From IMG/VR virus record IMGVR_UViG_3300006114_000006: a DNA stretch of 56,260 bases; one strand, given 5' to 3'. Positions 11,601 to 19,868 of this stretch are shown in pieces. A model generated the notes under the pieces. It ran no database searches. It worked only from the letters and a program-made list of their open reading frames with translations, and had not been told where the DNA came from. The stretch comes from an uncultured virus (IMG/VR IMGVR_UViG_3300006114_000006). Lineage: Duplodnaviria > Heunggongvirae > Uroviricota > Caudoviricetes. Position 1 is the stretch's first letter, and each line of letters starts with the position of its first letter. The position numbers and the translations under genes are program-made.

Positions 11601-14204
11601 ATAAATGGATGTGGTAAGAATAGTAGTATCTGCAAATTGAATTGGCATTTGATCTACTAATCCAGATGTGCTAGTAACTGTAATTAAATTTGTTCCTGTA
11701 GTAGTTGCTGTGCAAGTTGTTTGGATACTTGTTTTTGGAAGAACTACTACTCCTCTTAATTCATCTCCAATAATAGAAACGTTTGCCGGAACAACAATTG
11801 GTAACGATTCAAGATATGTTCCAGTTTTAACATTAATAACACAAGACACTCCACTATTTTGTGCAGGTAACAACGATGTACTTTGTGTAGCCAACGCATT
11901 GTAAATGTAATTAAACAATGTTGTTGCTGAACTTGCGCCAGAAGCTTCTGCCGCTGATCCAGAAGTATTTTGATAAATGACTGGAGATACGCTGTTTAAT
12001 ACTTGATAGTTGTATGCTGGAGTTGTTTGTGTTATTGCATCGGTTAATAATGTCAATGCGTAGTTTAACATTGGAAGATAATATGGCATATCAGCCGCAA
12101 CTGCTGTATTATAGAATGTACTTGTCAATCCATATGCAAAATAAGCCAATGCCGTTGCAACACTTTGACTGTTTCCACCTCGAGCTAAATCGTATGCGAT
12201 GGCATCGATAATTAATCCAATATCTCTTGCCGCTTTAGTTGAATTAAATGCGTATGCTGTACTATAAGGACTAATATTATTATTAATCTGATACTGTGCC
12301 CATTGTACCATCTCTGCTTGAATCCAAGATTTATTTTGTGTAATCAAAGCAACTGTGTTGGTGTTTTGTGTGCCGGCACCAACTGTGGCAGCCGCATAGG
12401 CAATAGTTTTCCATGGGCGATCCCAGTTTTTTCCATAGCCAGGCGCATCTATACCAGTTAATGCTGACACATAAAACACGTTTGGAACAACGTTAATTTG
12501 ACTCCAAGTCGGATTATTATTAGTAGCACGTAAAGTATAGCCACTTGTACCGATGGCAATGTTAGAATATGCACCGTTGCTAAATGTTTCAATATCGCCT
12601 TGCGATGTTAATGCTTCTTTTCTTGCACCAACTGCTAAAATTTTCCAATAGGTATTAAATGAATCCAAGTCTGGACGATTGGCATTAGATGCTGTATGAT
12701 TTTGATCACATTGGTATGTTGTGTTGCCCCATATTACCTGATCTCCTACAATGTAAGATGCTCCAGATGCCCAACGTCCGTACCAAATGCCGCCTGGTAT
12801 TACTAATTTCCAATAAAGATAATTGATTCCAACAAAATTAATATTTTGTCCATTAATTAATGTGCCATCAGGAGCATAATTTAAAGTTACTCCCACTGGG
12901 GAAGAAATAATACTATTAACAGATTGTCCTAAAGTTAATCCAGCTCCTAGAGCTATCATACCTACTTGAACACCAGATGTTGAACTAAGATTTACAGTTG
13001 TTCCGCTACTGCCTGTGCTGTTATAAGTGATACCCGAAGTAGAATAGGATGCTGGATCTTGACTTGTATTGTCTTGTACAGCTTGGAATACTAGACCGTG
13101 TCTGCGTACCACTGTTCCAATTTGATAAAGTTGTCCTGTAATCCAATCAACCGGACTACTACCATTTGGTGTTAGCAATGTCCAGTCTATTGTGTCAGTT
13201 GACGGTGCGGACCCGCTATTATTACTAGCAGTATTATTAATATATGTATTGCCACCATAGGTAACAATGTCTCCTATTTGGTATGTTACACCGACGTTAA
13301 ATCCTGAAATAAATCGTTGATCAGGAATATAAGCAATCCAATATGTAGATGTTGCAAATGCAATACCAGACACATTGTATTGTGTACAGGCATATAAACT
13401 TCCGCCCACTTGCACTATGTCATTTAATTTATATCTTGTATTGGCAGCCCATGCTCCAACATAATTATAATTACTATCTAGAACTGTCCAAGATGATTGA
13501 TTGGCTTCTAGTCCTAATTGCGACACACCTGTAGAGATACCTGGAGTTGCAATAGTACCATTGATTGTAATTTGTGATGCAAATGTTACACTACTTTGTG
13601 TACTAGAAACAACTGTATAAGTACCATTAATAATTGTAGGATTAAATCCTGATAAAGTTATAGTTGTACCAACTGCATAAATTACAACGGGTTGAGGAGT
13701 AAATGTAATTGTTACTTGGCTTCCAGTACTAACTGCGCCTACGGCTTGCAAAGCACCTGTGGATGTATGACCAGTTATACAAGAATAAACAATACCACCA
13801 TATTGTACCACAGCACCGACACCATAAACAGTATTAGGTTGCCATGTTGATAACCATTGCGGGTATTGAGTATATTGTGTCCAGTTAGACTGTTGACTCT
13901 TAAATGCTGTTGAAGTATGAGGAGTTGTACAATAGTAAACAAATCCACCAAATATAACAATATTACCTAAACTATAAAATGTATTTGTCTGCCAAGGACC
14001 ATCAAATTGTTTACCATCTAAAATTAGACTCCAAAGTCCATTATTAAGATCTGTGTAAAAATTTGAACTTGCTGTATTAGGTGTTACGCATGAATATGTT
14101 TTTCCTTGATAACCGACAACACTATCTTTTGCATATTGTGTGCCAGTAGTCCATGCTCCTGACCATATAAAACGTAATCTACCAATTTTAAATTCTTGTG
14201 CCAT
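5667..14204 (-). CDS. 2845-aa mosaic tail fibre/appendage protein (CBM5/12-like repeats, beta-helix, beta-propeller-like repeats)
   Basis: N-terminal W..Y..GD.V.YGG..Y.C repeats; beta-helix-like segment (RSPFMENITTFG...SNDFTQVIQDGVGIWC...GNSSYGNYG); repeated N.i.v.st.gl.v..PI.F......YY modules; W..IAYGN..FVA propeller-like repeats; C-terminal HDFLYIG...GRVFFSSTDQDGNFKVG and FSTD...SDSIIPTQRAIRTY. Confidence 0.75.
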   Translation of the reverse strand: MAQEFKIGRLRFIWSGAWTTGTQYAKDSVVGYQGKTYSCVTPNTASSNFYTDLNNGLWSLILDGKQFDGPWQTNTFYSLGNIVIFGGFVYYCTTPHTSTAFKSQQSNWTQYTQYPQWLSTWQPNTVYGVGAVVQYGGIVYSCITGHTSTGALQAVGAVSTGSQVTITFTPQPVVIYAVGTTITLSGFNPTIINGTYTVVSSTQSSVTFASQITINGTIATPGISTGVSQLGLEANQSSWTVLDSNYNYVGAWAANTRYKLNDIVQVGGSLYACTQYNVSGIAFATSTYWIAYIPDQRFISGFNVGVTYQIGDIVTYGGNTYINNTASNNSGSAPSTDTIDWTLLTPNGSSPVDWITGQLYQIGTVVRRHGLVFQAVQDNTSQDPASYSTSGITYNSTGSSGTTVNLSSTSGVQVGMIALGAGLTLGQSVNSIISSPVGVTLNYAPDGTLINGQNINFVGINYLYWKLVIPGGIWYGRWASGASYIVGDQVIWGNTTYQCDQNHTASNANRPDLDSFNTYWKILAVGARKEALTSQGDIETFSNGAYSNIAIGTSGYTLRATNNNPTWSQINVVPNVFYVSALTGIDAPGYGKNWDRPWKTIAYAAATVGAGTQNTNTVALITQNKSWIQAEMVQWAQYQINNNISPYSTAYAFNSTKAARDIGLIIDAIAYDLARGGNSQSVATALAYFAYGLTSTFYNTAVAADMPYYLPMLNYALTLLTDAITQTTPAYNYQVLNSVSPVIYQNTSGSAAEASGASSATTLFNYIYNALATQSTSLLPAQNSGVSCVINVKTGTYLESLPIVVPANVSIIGDELRGVVVLPKTSIQTTCTATTTGTNLITVTSTSGLVDQMPIQFADTTILTTSIYTGFGGITPGQTYYVIGSTITSNQFSVALSPTTQFIATTTASSQVLTDVSNIIGLVVGATITGPGIQTGTTITGITIAPSNSSLNSISISLPTTVTASNVYLTSTGATLSLTSATGTMTVYAGDCLKDMFRCRNGTSVRNMTLSGLQGTLLAPDANNIQHPSGGAYTALDPGQGPNDSTAWIIRRSPFMENITTFGNGCTGNKIDGTLHNGGYKSFTSNDFTQVIQDGVGIWCTGPGALTECISVFCYFGYTGYFAEAGGRIRAANGNSSYGNYGVISSGFDTTEVPITGTVYNQSSQVQASVQSSLGAAAQLIKLNYANAGSAYNTTSTNMLYYSNNYLGPNWVSDGNIIFDKTFAAPTGNIEAYTMIGTGGTGTGYIYQNITLNPAGASYTNLPSTTNTGTGGGATFNVVVTSTGYTVSVNYGGTGYAAGNTLTISGALLGGLSGLNNCNITVNTVTGNVISSVVATGIVPTGSTQSYTASVYVYQGTATQLDIQAIYSGSSTRTSAINYNFTTNTITPTNSNGGYLPTQFGSQVTLVAGWYRIWFAFNDTAGLNNTLQLRIYPKGINGAVGLYNYLYGAQVEISKPTLAPSFYIENTGVSRYSAYAYYNVTGSGTGALLIGDELRSNSVFQTLVTSGGSGYLTAGNNAQGGTNQYIVLAQSDVNQPSNYIGMRVFIQSGTGAGQYGYMATYNTTSKLAYVLKESFTPLQIASSSAVTSAFTLSANSTTSLLYLNMPVQFVPTYYTTTVTSTSLSQTTVTQAIGGTTNTLTLASTNGLTVNMPIIFSAGSGAIFSTITAGYQYYVYAILSSTTIQISTQAFGTVWPLTSGSGTMVMSFTSGNSYIQASTTNMVVNYPIAFTGTAIGGLSIATTYYINDIIDSNDFTISAATFNITVTGTVNNTLQCASTTGLQVLNPIIFTAPAIAGSGIADTTKYYISSIVDQTDFTISTSIINQTVSSTNGTTNTVVTSSTSGFIVGQPIIFTGTTFGNILAETVYYILSLAGDGISFTISQTLGGGVFGVTTGTGSMSLRTCPTPLTFTAVTGSSMVGVTTSKKLSVNLGIGSMTGTFSTTLFGGISSGTTYYIASIPTPGNGGTFTVSTAINSVGVVVPTTKSGTMNLAAVGWDHVTSGFPIVPSLDSTSVYFIESRPAFSSPGFTQAVAGSTITLASGIYWNAIAYGNNTFVAIPSANAVGATSTDGSNWSNMVLPSSASWSSIAFGNNYFVAVNSSNANVIYSNNNGSGWRTSTMPSNSQWTQIAYGNGNFVAIGASGTTSAYSTNFGLNWTNGQTISTVAATGFTVSAGTATVAFATQPITPFAIGSTITLSGFTPTTTSGTVNAVNTTFVVTGCTTSQVQFALTGTYSSGIFGTISGGNSAYGLPISQTWNSLAYGSNIFVAIGPGSLTGARSVNGGQTWISTTLPTASAWTSIAFGNGRFVAVANDGSLAIYSFDGITWYQSNQTVVASSVKYGQGVFVAVYNGSTTAYTSENGLDWTPRTVTNDLYTSLAFGFTSTNVGVFTTLSQQSTGSLISAGCRAKGRPSISSNTLNGVSEFEPGSGYVTQTISSFATAVVGAGTAVLTFSATQTTNPFPAGSTIVVTGFTPTAINGTYIVTNSSTSYVAYSLSGSFSSSINGSVSSSVTITFTDPNVTSLATVTPRVSNGTLGGPTFVNKGAGYSNTTTQVAITGNGYADTFQTGLTIVINNLSLLPSQGSNIQFAGNNSQAYKITSAVAVYGTVAPNIQANISISPAMTLALSPVNGAVATIRQKYSQCRITNHDFLYIGSGDIVNSLYPLTNDSELIVNNQTVEVNFGRVFFSSTDQDGNFKVGNLFGVQQATGIVTLSASQFGLTGLSTLSLGGISVGGSATIVQQFSTDGAFTANSDSIIPTQRAIRTYLASRLSQGGSNTYTGQMTAGTVVVGGAQYIRSSIPNGQVGSSVKMLNKVYVDAYGVDGNMIALDFFMNNSIHRSSSQQ

Positions 14205-14219
14205 TATATAATGTTCCTA

Positions 14220-14600
14220 TTAACCTAATGATATTGTTTGTGCGCCAGTATAGTTATATACCTGATTGATCTGAACACATAATTCGCCTTGGTTATCTAA
14301 AAAATAATAACAATTTTTATTATCCCAGCGATATTGATCAAACTGTAAATTAGGATAAGGACGACTGTGATCTGTTGCCAAACGTCCGTCGAAGAAATCG
14401 ACACCGTACTCAAACTGTTCAAAATTTCCAGTATTAGGACCTGGAACATTTACAGTTAGAGTTGTGACAGATGTTAGCTGATCGATTTTATAAAAATAAA
14501 GAGTACCATCATCTAAACGTTGTAGTCCGTAGAAATATCTAGGATTTCCTTCGCCTAAACTGTCATTTAAATTAAGTTCTGTACCAATAGTATATGCCAT
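14220..14600 (-). CDS. Hypothetical protein (126 aa), probably virion-associated
   Basis: AAGGA RBS, tightly packed in the fibre operon; aromatic/acidic composition; no motif recognised. Confidence 0.7.
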   Translation of the reverse strand: MAYTIGTELNLNDSLGEGNPRYFYGLQRLDDGTLYFYKIDQLTSVTTLTVNVPGPNTGNFEQFEYGVDFFDGRLATDHSRPYPNLQFDQYRWDNKNCYYFLDNQGELCVQINQVYNYTGAQTISLG

Positions 14601-14611
14601 AATAGTTATCC

Positions 14612-14944
14612 TTAACTGATCTCAACCCAACTCATTACTAAATCTATACTACTAGCAAGATTTGAAGTAACTATAACATAAGTTAATGGTCCTAGATTTA
14701 ATTTTTCACCGCCAGTAATTACCCTAGCACTACTATTGGGAGGTATGGTGAGATTGTTTATAAAATATGCTGTAGTACCTGCCACAGTATCTTGTAACTG
14801 TACGCTAGCTTGTATAATACTAGATGTTGTGTTAGTTAAACTCATGCCAATTACAGTAGTAGTAGCACTACCGTTAGTTGTTACTACTGTTGTAGGAGTT
14901 GTTCCTAGCCCTGTGTTTAATACGTTTTTAAATACTGTTCCCAT
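14612..14944 (-). CDS. Small beta-rich virion protein (110 aa); paralogue of 19521..19859
   Basis: Directly follows the 715-aa gene; shares the TTV.T...NT....L.IP...EKL.L pattern with the 112-aa ORF. Confidence 0.7.
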   Translation of the reverse strand: MGTVFKNVLNTGLGTTPTTVVTTNGSATTTVIGMSLTNTTSSIIQASVQLQDTVAGTTAYFINNLTIPPNSSARVITGGEKLNLGPLTYVIVTSNLASSIDLVMSWVEIS

Positions 14945-14947
14945 ATA

Positions 14948-17095
14948 TTATCCTAGTGCGATCGCTAGACCTGCGCCAATTGAATTTGCTGTTGCTGTTG
15001 TTACGCCTGAACTACTACCTGCAACACTTCCCCAACCTGATCCGTTATATACTTCAACATATTGTTGTTGAGTATTAAATCGAAGCATGCCTGTTGTTTC
15101 GTAAAGTGTTATAGGATAGTTGCCACTGGTTCCTACTGGAATTACAACACCGTTTGTTCCGGTAAATTGAAAATATCCTTGACTTGTTCCTGCAATAGTT
15201 ACGGAAGTTATAGTTTGACTTGGTGCAACATAATAAGTTCCTGTGCCGCCTGTTCCTGACAAATTGGCAACAATACCTGAATTTGCAAGAATTGTGTTAG
15301 CACCACTACCTCCGCTTATACCCATGCCTGGAATAATTGTTCCACTATTTACACTAGTTACGTTCAATACGATTGGTGTTGCAAGAATGGTTTCGATTGC
15401 AATAGTACTTGAATAATTTGAACTGATGTACCATGTACTACTAGAGCTTGAACCAGTTCCTGATATATTACTTACTATGTATGTTCCGGTTGTAATGCCA
15501 GTTCCTGACAAAGACATTCCAGGAACTAGTGTAGGAGTTCCGCTTGCATATGGAGTTGCTATTGCAAATGCAGTTCCGTTATTGGTCAATGTTTGATATC
15601 CGCTTGGACCAGAAGTATCTGTTGTAAATGCGCCTGGTGTTAAAGCTGTTAATAACAATTTTGTGTTGGCTACGGCTGTTAATGTTGTATTTGGTACGGT
15701 GATGGTTGTCTGTGTTGGATCGTAAACATTGCTACCAATTACAACTCTAATATTAGTCAAATTGCCTTTAAAGTAATTTGTATTACCTTGTTCGCCTACC
15801 AAAGACATATATCCTTGATAATTTAAATTGTTAGATGTTGTACCACTACTTGAGCGTGTTCCATTTAAAAATATAGTCTCTATACCACTACTGTTACGTG
15901 TGGCTGCCACATGATTCCATGTGTTTAAACTAATTGTAGGAACTGTGTATGTATTAGTTGTTGTGTTATAAGTTGATGTAGTAATGCTAGTTAATGAATT
16001 AATAATTAATCCATATCCATAATTATTTGACCCGCCTAGAATTACTCCGCTAGTGCCGCTGGTCATATAAAACCATGCTTCGGCAGTATATGCACCTGTA
16101 CCAAGAATTAATCCAGGACTCATGCTTAGATACTGTGGACTACCTGTCATTGCAATACTTCCGCCTGCTGGCCAGAAAGGAGCAACTGCCAATGTCAATA
16201 CAGAACCTGTTATAGTAGAACTTGTAGCAATTGGTGTACCAGGTGTGATAGTTCCTACAAAACTGGCATTGCTAACAGTTTGTGTAAATTGTGTTACAGC
16301 ATTGGGACTAATATTTGTAAGAGTATTATTAGTAAATTGTAAATTTCCAAATACAATACCGCCTGAACCTGTTGAGTTAAAGTAGATGCTAGTGTTGGTT
16401 CCAGTAGCTTGAATAGTACTTCCAGAAATTATTAAATTACTTGTATTAAATGTAGTTGTGTTTAATGTTGTAGCATTAAATGTGCTGGTTGTTAATCCTG
16501 CTGTATAAACGTTTGCCCAAGTTAAATTACTTGCGCCTAAATTATATGTGTTTGTAGTTGATGGTAAAATATTACTATTAACTTCACCTGTAAAAGTAAT
16601 AGTATCGTTTGTTGCGGCACCAAGATTAATGTTTCCGTCGGCTGTAATATTGCCAGTTGCATGCAAATTACCATTTACCAATACATTATTGTTAAGATTA
16701 ATAACACCAGTTCCGTTGGCTGTAATATTAATTGCTTCATTAGTATTAATACTACTGATAGTATTTCCACTAAGTGACAAATCGCCAATGTTGGCAGTTG
16801 TCATGTTAACTGATGGAGTGCCACCACTAGGTGTAAATGTAATTGTACCGTTAGTACTTGAAATTGTACTGCCAGAAACAGTAATATTACCTAGTGTACT
16901 TGATCCGCTAATGTATAAATTGGTAGTACGGGTTGTCCCATTAACTGACAAATCGTTAGTGGGCGTGGCGGTGTTGATGCCCACGCGGCTGTTATTAACA
17001 TCCAAATAGAGAAGGCTCGTCTCAAAGGCTAAATTGACCCCGTTACGAAGCAAATTATCCTTTAAGAGCGGACCTGAAATTCGACCAACAGCCAT
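14948..17095 (-). CDS. Tail fibre-like protein (715 aa) with an internal LamG/concanavalin-A-like domain
   Basis: N-terminus GRISGPLLKDNLLRNG shared with 17238..18302; Asn/Thr-rich beta repeats; LamG-like YTAEAWFY...NTWNHVAATR...IFLNG...YFKGNLTNIRVV; C-terminal GVVIPVGT...GMLRFNT...EVYNGSGW module. Confidence 0.75.
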   Translation of the reverse strand: MAVGRISGPLLKDNLLRNGVNLAFETSLLYLDVNNSRVGINTATPTNDLSVNGTTRTTNLYISGSSTLGNITVSGSTISSTNGTITFTPSGGTPSVNMTTANIGDLSLSGNTISSINTNEAINITANGTGVINLNNNVLVNGNLHATGNITADGNINLGAATNDTITFTGEVNSNILPSTTNTYNLGASNLTWANVYTAGLTTSTFNATTLNTTTFNTSNLIISGSTIQATGTNTSIYFNSTGSGGIVFGNLQFTNNTLTNISPNAVTQFTQTVSNASFVGTITPGTPIATSSTITGSVLTLAVAPFWPAGGSIAMTGSPQYLSMSPGLILGTGAYTAEAWFYMTSGTSGVILGGSNNYGYGLIINSLTSITTSTYNTTTNTYTVPTISLNTWNHVAATRNSSGIETIFLNGTRSSSGTTSNNLNYQGYMSLVGEQGNTNYFKGNLTNIRVVIGSNVYDPTQTTITVPNTTLTAVANTKLLLTALTPGAFTTDTSGPSGYQTLTNNGTAFAIATPYASGTPTLVPGMSLSGTGITTGTYIVSNISGTGSSSSSTWYISSNYSSTIAIETILATPIVLNVTSVNSGTIIPGMGISGGSGANTILANSGIVANLSGTGGTGTYYVAPSQTITSVTIAGTSQGYFQFTGTNGVVIPVGTSGNYPITLYETTGMLRFNTQQQYVEVYNGSGWGSVAGSSSGVTTATANSIGAGLAIALG

Positions 17096-17209
17096 TTACG
17101 CTCCCGTATACCCCGTGTTTCACGGTTAACCACTTTTTCAGCTGGACGCTCTTAGCGGGTTTACCACTGTTTAACCATACGAAAAATTGGTCATTTTTCG
17201 TAATCAATG
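17096..17209 (-). ncRNA. Candidate structured 5' leader (cis-regulatory RNA) of the 715-aa fibre gene
   Basis: Lies between TAAATA (17210-17215) and the GGGAG RBS. Contains a 10-bp perfect stem (17178-17202), hairpins at 17147-17157 and 17113-17125, and a repeated AGTGGTWAACC. Confidence 0.45.
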
Positions 17210-17215
17210 TATTTA
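17210..17215 (-). promoter_or_regulatory. Late promoter core TAAATA
   Basis: CTAAATA in the intergenic gap upstream of 17095. Confidence 0.6.
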
Positions 17216-17237
17216 GCTGTTTTTAATTTTTGGGTTA

Positions 17238-18302
17238 TTATCTGCCGAATATTATGGCATCTGTAAGCATAATAGTTTGTACTTGAGAAAGGCTTAGGGT
17301 AGCACTGGCTCCGCCAATGGCTTGCCAGGATCCGCCATTAAAAAATTCCCCATAGCCCAAAGTTGTATTAAATCTTATCATTCCTATAGTAGCGTTGAAT
17401 GGTCTTTGGGCTGTTGTTCCTGCCGGAATTGCTACCCCATCCGTACCGCCAAACTGGAAATATCCGTTACTCGTTGGAACAAATTGAAACGCACCCGTCG
17501 ATGGATTTGTAATACTATTTTGATTTACTGCTGTAAACTGAGTGCCGTTTAGGCTAATTATACCAGTACCAGTAGGCAAAATTTGTGTGTTTGTACTGGC
17601 TGTAGTATTAGTAATTGTACTACCATTAAAACTTAATTGTCCGCCATTAAATGTAGTAGCAGATGTTGTAGGAACTGTAGTAGATCCTACACTAAAAGAA
17701 TTTGTATAAACATTGTTCCATTGATTTGTATTAGATCCTAGCGTATAGGTGTTAGTAGTTGATGGTAAAATATTACTATTAATTTCGCCTGTAAAACTGA
17801 TAGTGTTACTATTGCTAGTACCTAAAGTTAAATTTCCATCAAAAGTTACATTTCCAGTAGCATGTAAATTTCCGCTCACTGTAACTTGAACACTAGAATT
17901 TCCGTTAGATAAATTGATTGACCCTGAACCGTTCGCAGTAATATTAATGTTGTCATTTGCAACATTATTACCAATAATATTACTACGTAAATATAGGTTA
18001 TTTGTAGTTAAACCAGGAGTAACCGTTGTTCCACTAACAGTAATATTGCCAACAGCATTTTGAATATTATTTGTACTAATGACAAAATTGCCAAGGTCGG
18101 CAGTAGAATCAACTGTTAATCCGACCGAATCTATTGCAGTAGGAGTATAAAGATCGTTAACTGGTGTAGTTGTATTAAATCCGACACGTTTGTTATTAAC
18201 ATCTAAAAACAAAACTTGAGTGTCAATGGCGAGGTTATTACCGTTACGTAATAAATTGTCCGATAATAACGGACCGCTAATTCTACCTAGTTCTCGCCCC
18301 AT
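17238..18302 (-). CDS. Tail fibre-like protein (354 aa), shorter paralogue of the 715-aa protein
   Basis: GRISGPLLSDNLLRNG N-terminus; GNLHATGN.T.DGN..LG....TI.FTGE.NSNILPSTTNTY shared with 715 aa; C-terminal IPAGTTAQRP...GMIRFNT module; AGGAG RBS. Confidence 0.75.
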   Translation of the reverse strand: MGRELGRISGPLLSDNLLRNGNNLAIDTQVLFLDVNNKRVGFNTTTPVNDLYTPTAIDSVGLTVDSTADLGNFVISTNNIQNAVGNITVSGTTVTPGLTTNNLYLRSNIIGNNVANDNINITANGSGSINLSNGNSSVQVTVSGNLHATGNVTFDGNLTLGTSNSNTISFTGEINSNILPSTTNTYTLGSNTNQWNNVYTNSFSVGSTTVPTTSATTFNGGQLSFNGSTITNTTASTNTQILPTGTGIISLNGTQFTAVNQNSITNPSTGAFQFVPTSNGYFQFGGTDGVAIPAGTTAQRPFNATIGMIRFNTTLGYGEFFNGGSWQAIGGASATLSLSQVQTIMLTDAIIFGR

Positions 18303-18315
18303 GGTAGGCTCCTAA

Positions 18316-19521
18316 TTACTGGTCAAAGCCAAGTAATGCAATAACTGTTTTTCCGTAAGGTACTGGTGCAGTAAATTGCAAATAATAACCAGACTCAAGT
18401 GTACTTGAACTAGTAATTGTAATTTGTGTATTAACTGCCAATGTGCTTGTTGTAGTTGCTTTGTTGATTGTAATACTGGTCAATGCATCTGTGTTTGGAT
18501 CTGTTGTGAATGCTGTTATTATAGTGCTTGCTTGAATATTTGTACCTGTTACTGTTGCTCCAGATATATCTCCAGTAACAGTTGTTGCGGTACCTGTACC
18601 ACTACCTACGCCAGTTGCCACAAAACTTGTACCAACGTTGCTGTTAGCCGCGCCAATTAATGTAAAGTTTGTAGTACCTGCTGAAGTAATTGTATAAGTT
18701 GTTCCTAGAATAAATGAACCAGCAGTTACAGTTGTACTTTGACTTGCTACAAACGTTGCATAACCATTAGTTGTTCCGCTAGTTGTAATTGTTCCCGGTA
18801 CTGTTCCTGCTCCAGGGTTACTTGCCAATGCATAGCTAACACTAGAACTTGTACTAGCTGTTACTGTAAAGACTCCGTTGTATCCGCTTGGAGTAAATCC
18901 TGTCACAGTGATAGTTGCACCAACTGCAAACGGTACCCATGAATAACCAGTAAAGGTTAATGTTGCCACACTACCTGACCAACTTGCACCAGATGCATTA
19001 GCACTTGTATTAAAATATAATGTTGTCGAACCACTTGGTGCAGCCACACTCAATGTTGGTGTATAAGTTCCATCTATGATTGTAGGATTTTGAACAACTG
19101 TATAATTGATACCTGACAACTGAGGAATGTTTTCAACATAGACTAAAACATTTTGTGCACCAAAGTTTGTAACATCGCTTGATTTATTTGTTGGATTGTA
19201 ATATACTGGATTCAAAGGTCCAAAGTATGTACTAGAACTATCTCCAGCACCTAAATTTTGTTGAACAATTTGTGTAGCCTCTTTAAAACGCAAAGCTCTC
19301 CACGTACTACCTTGATAAATTTCTGCTTCGTTAGTTGTTGTATTATAACGCATCATACCAGATGTTGGACTACCTGGACGTTGTGTAGTTGTGCCGTTAG
19401 GAAGTACTAGGCTTCCTGCACCGGTAGGACTTATATAGACGTTGGCATTTGCTGTATCTGAATATACAGTAGTATCAAAAATTGCACGACGACTAAGAGT
19501 TTGTTGTTTAAGAAATCTCAT
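18316..19521 (-). CDS. Virion structural/fibre protein (401 aa)
   Basis: LVLPNGTTTQRP...GMMRYNTTTNEAEIYQGSTW module as in the two previous genes; carries two inserted small modules (see findings). Confidence 0.7.
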   Translation of the reverse strand: MRFLKQQTLSRRAIFDTTVYSDTANANVYISPTGAGSLVLPNGTTTQRPGSPTSGMMRYNTTTNEAEIYQGSTWRALRFKEATQIVQQNLGAGDSSSTYFGPLNPVYYNPTNKSSDVTNFGAQNVLVYVENIPQLSGINYTVVQNPTIIDGTYTPTLSVAAPSGSTTLYFNTSANASGASWSGSVATLTFTGYSWVPFAVGATITVTGFTPSGYNGVFTVTASTSSSVSYALASNPGAGTVPGTITTSGTTNGYATFVASQSTTVTAGSFILGTTYTITSAGTTNFTLIGAANSNVGTSFVATGVGSGTGTATTVTGDISGATVTGTNIQASTIITAFTTDPNTDALTSITINKATTTSTLAVNTQITITSSSTLESGYYLQFTAPVPYGKTVIALLGFDQ

Positions 19522-19859
19522 TATACTGGCAATGTGCTTATGGTTATATTCAAAGTGCTAGCCTGACTGCTAACTGCTACGATTGTGTCGTTTGAACTCA
19601 AAACTAATTTCTCTTGATCTAAACTTACAGTTTCACCCGCAGGCACTGCAAGAGCATTAATGATCATATTAGAAGTACTAGCAGTACCTACTGATCCGCC
19701 ATTGTTAGGAACTGCATACAATGTTAAATTTGATGCAGTTGATCCACTTGTGTTGCAAACAATCATACAAGTAATAGCATTACCAATTTGAGGACTAGTT
19801 ACGGTACTAGTATAAACTGTTGTGTTTGTTGTTCCGATTATCTGTGATGTTAATGGCAT
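19521..19859 (-). CDS. Small beta-rich virion protein (112 aa)
   Basis: Stop overlaps the next start (TAATG); paralogous to 14612..14944. Confidence 0.7.
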   Translation of the reverse strand: MPLTSQIIGTTNTTVYTSTVTSPQIGNAITCMIVCNTSGSTASNLTLYAVPNNGGSVGTASTSNMIINALAVPAGETVSLDQEKLVLSSNDTIVAVSSQASTLNITISTLPV

Positions 19860-19868
19860 GTTATGTCC

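Noticed and set aside
17096..17209. c-di-GMP-I riboswitch (GGTAAACCC resembles GGCAAACC)
   Set aside because: The GAAA-tetraloop P2 and the GACGCAAAGC/receptor elements are not present in the expected arrangement.
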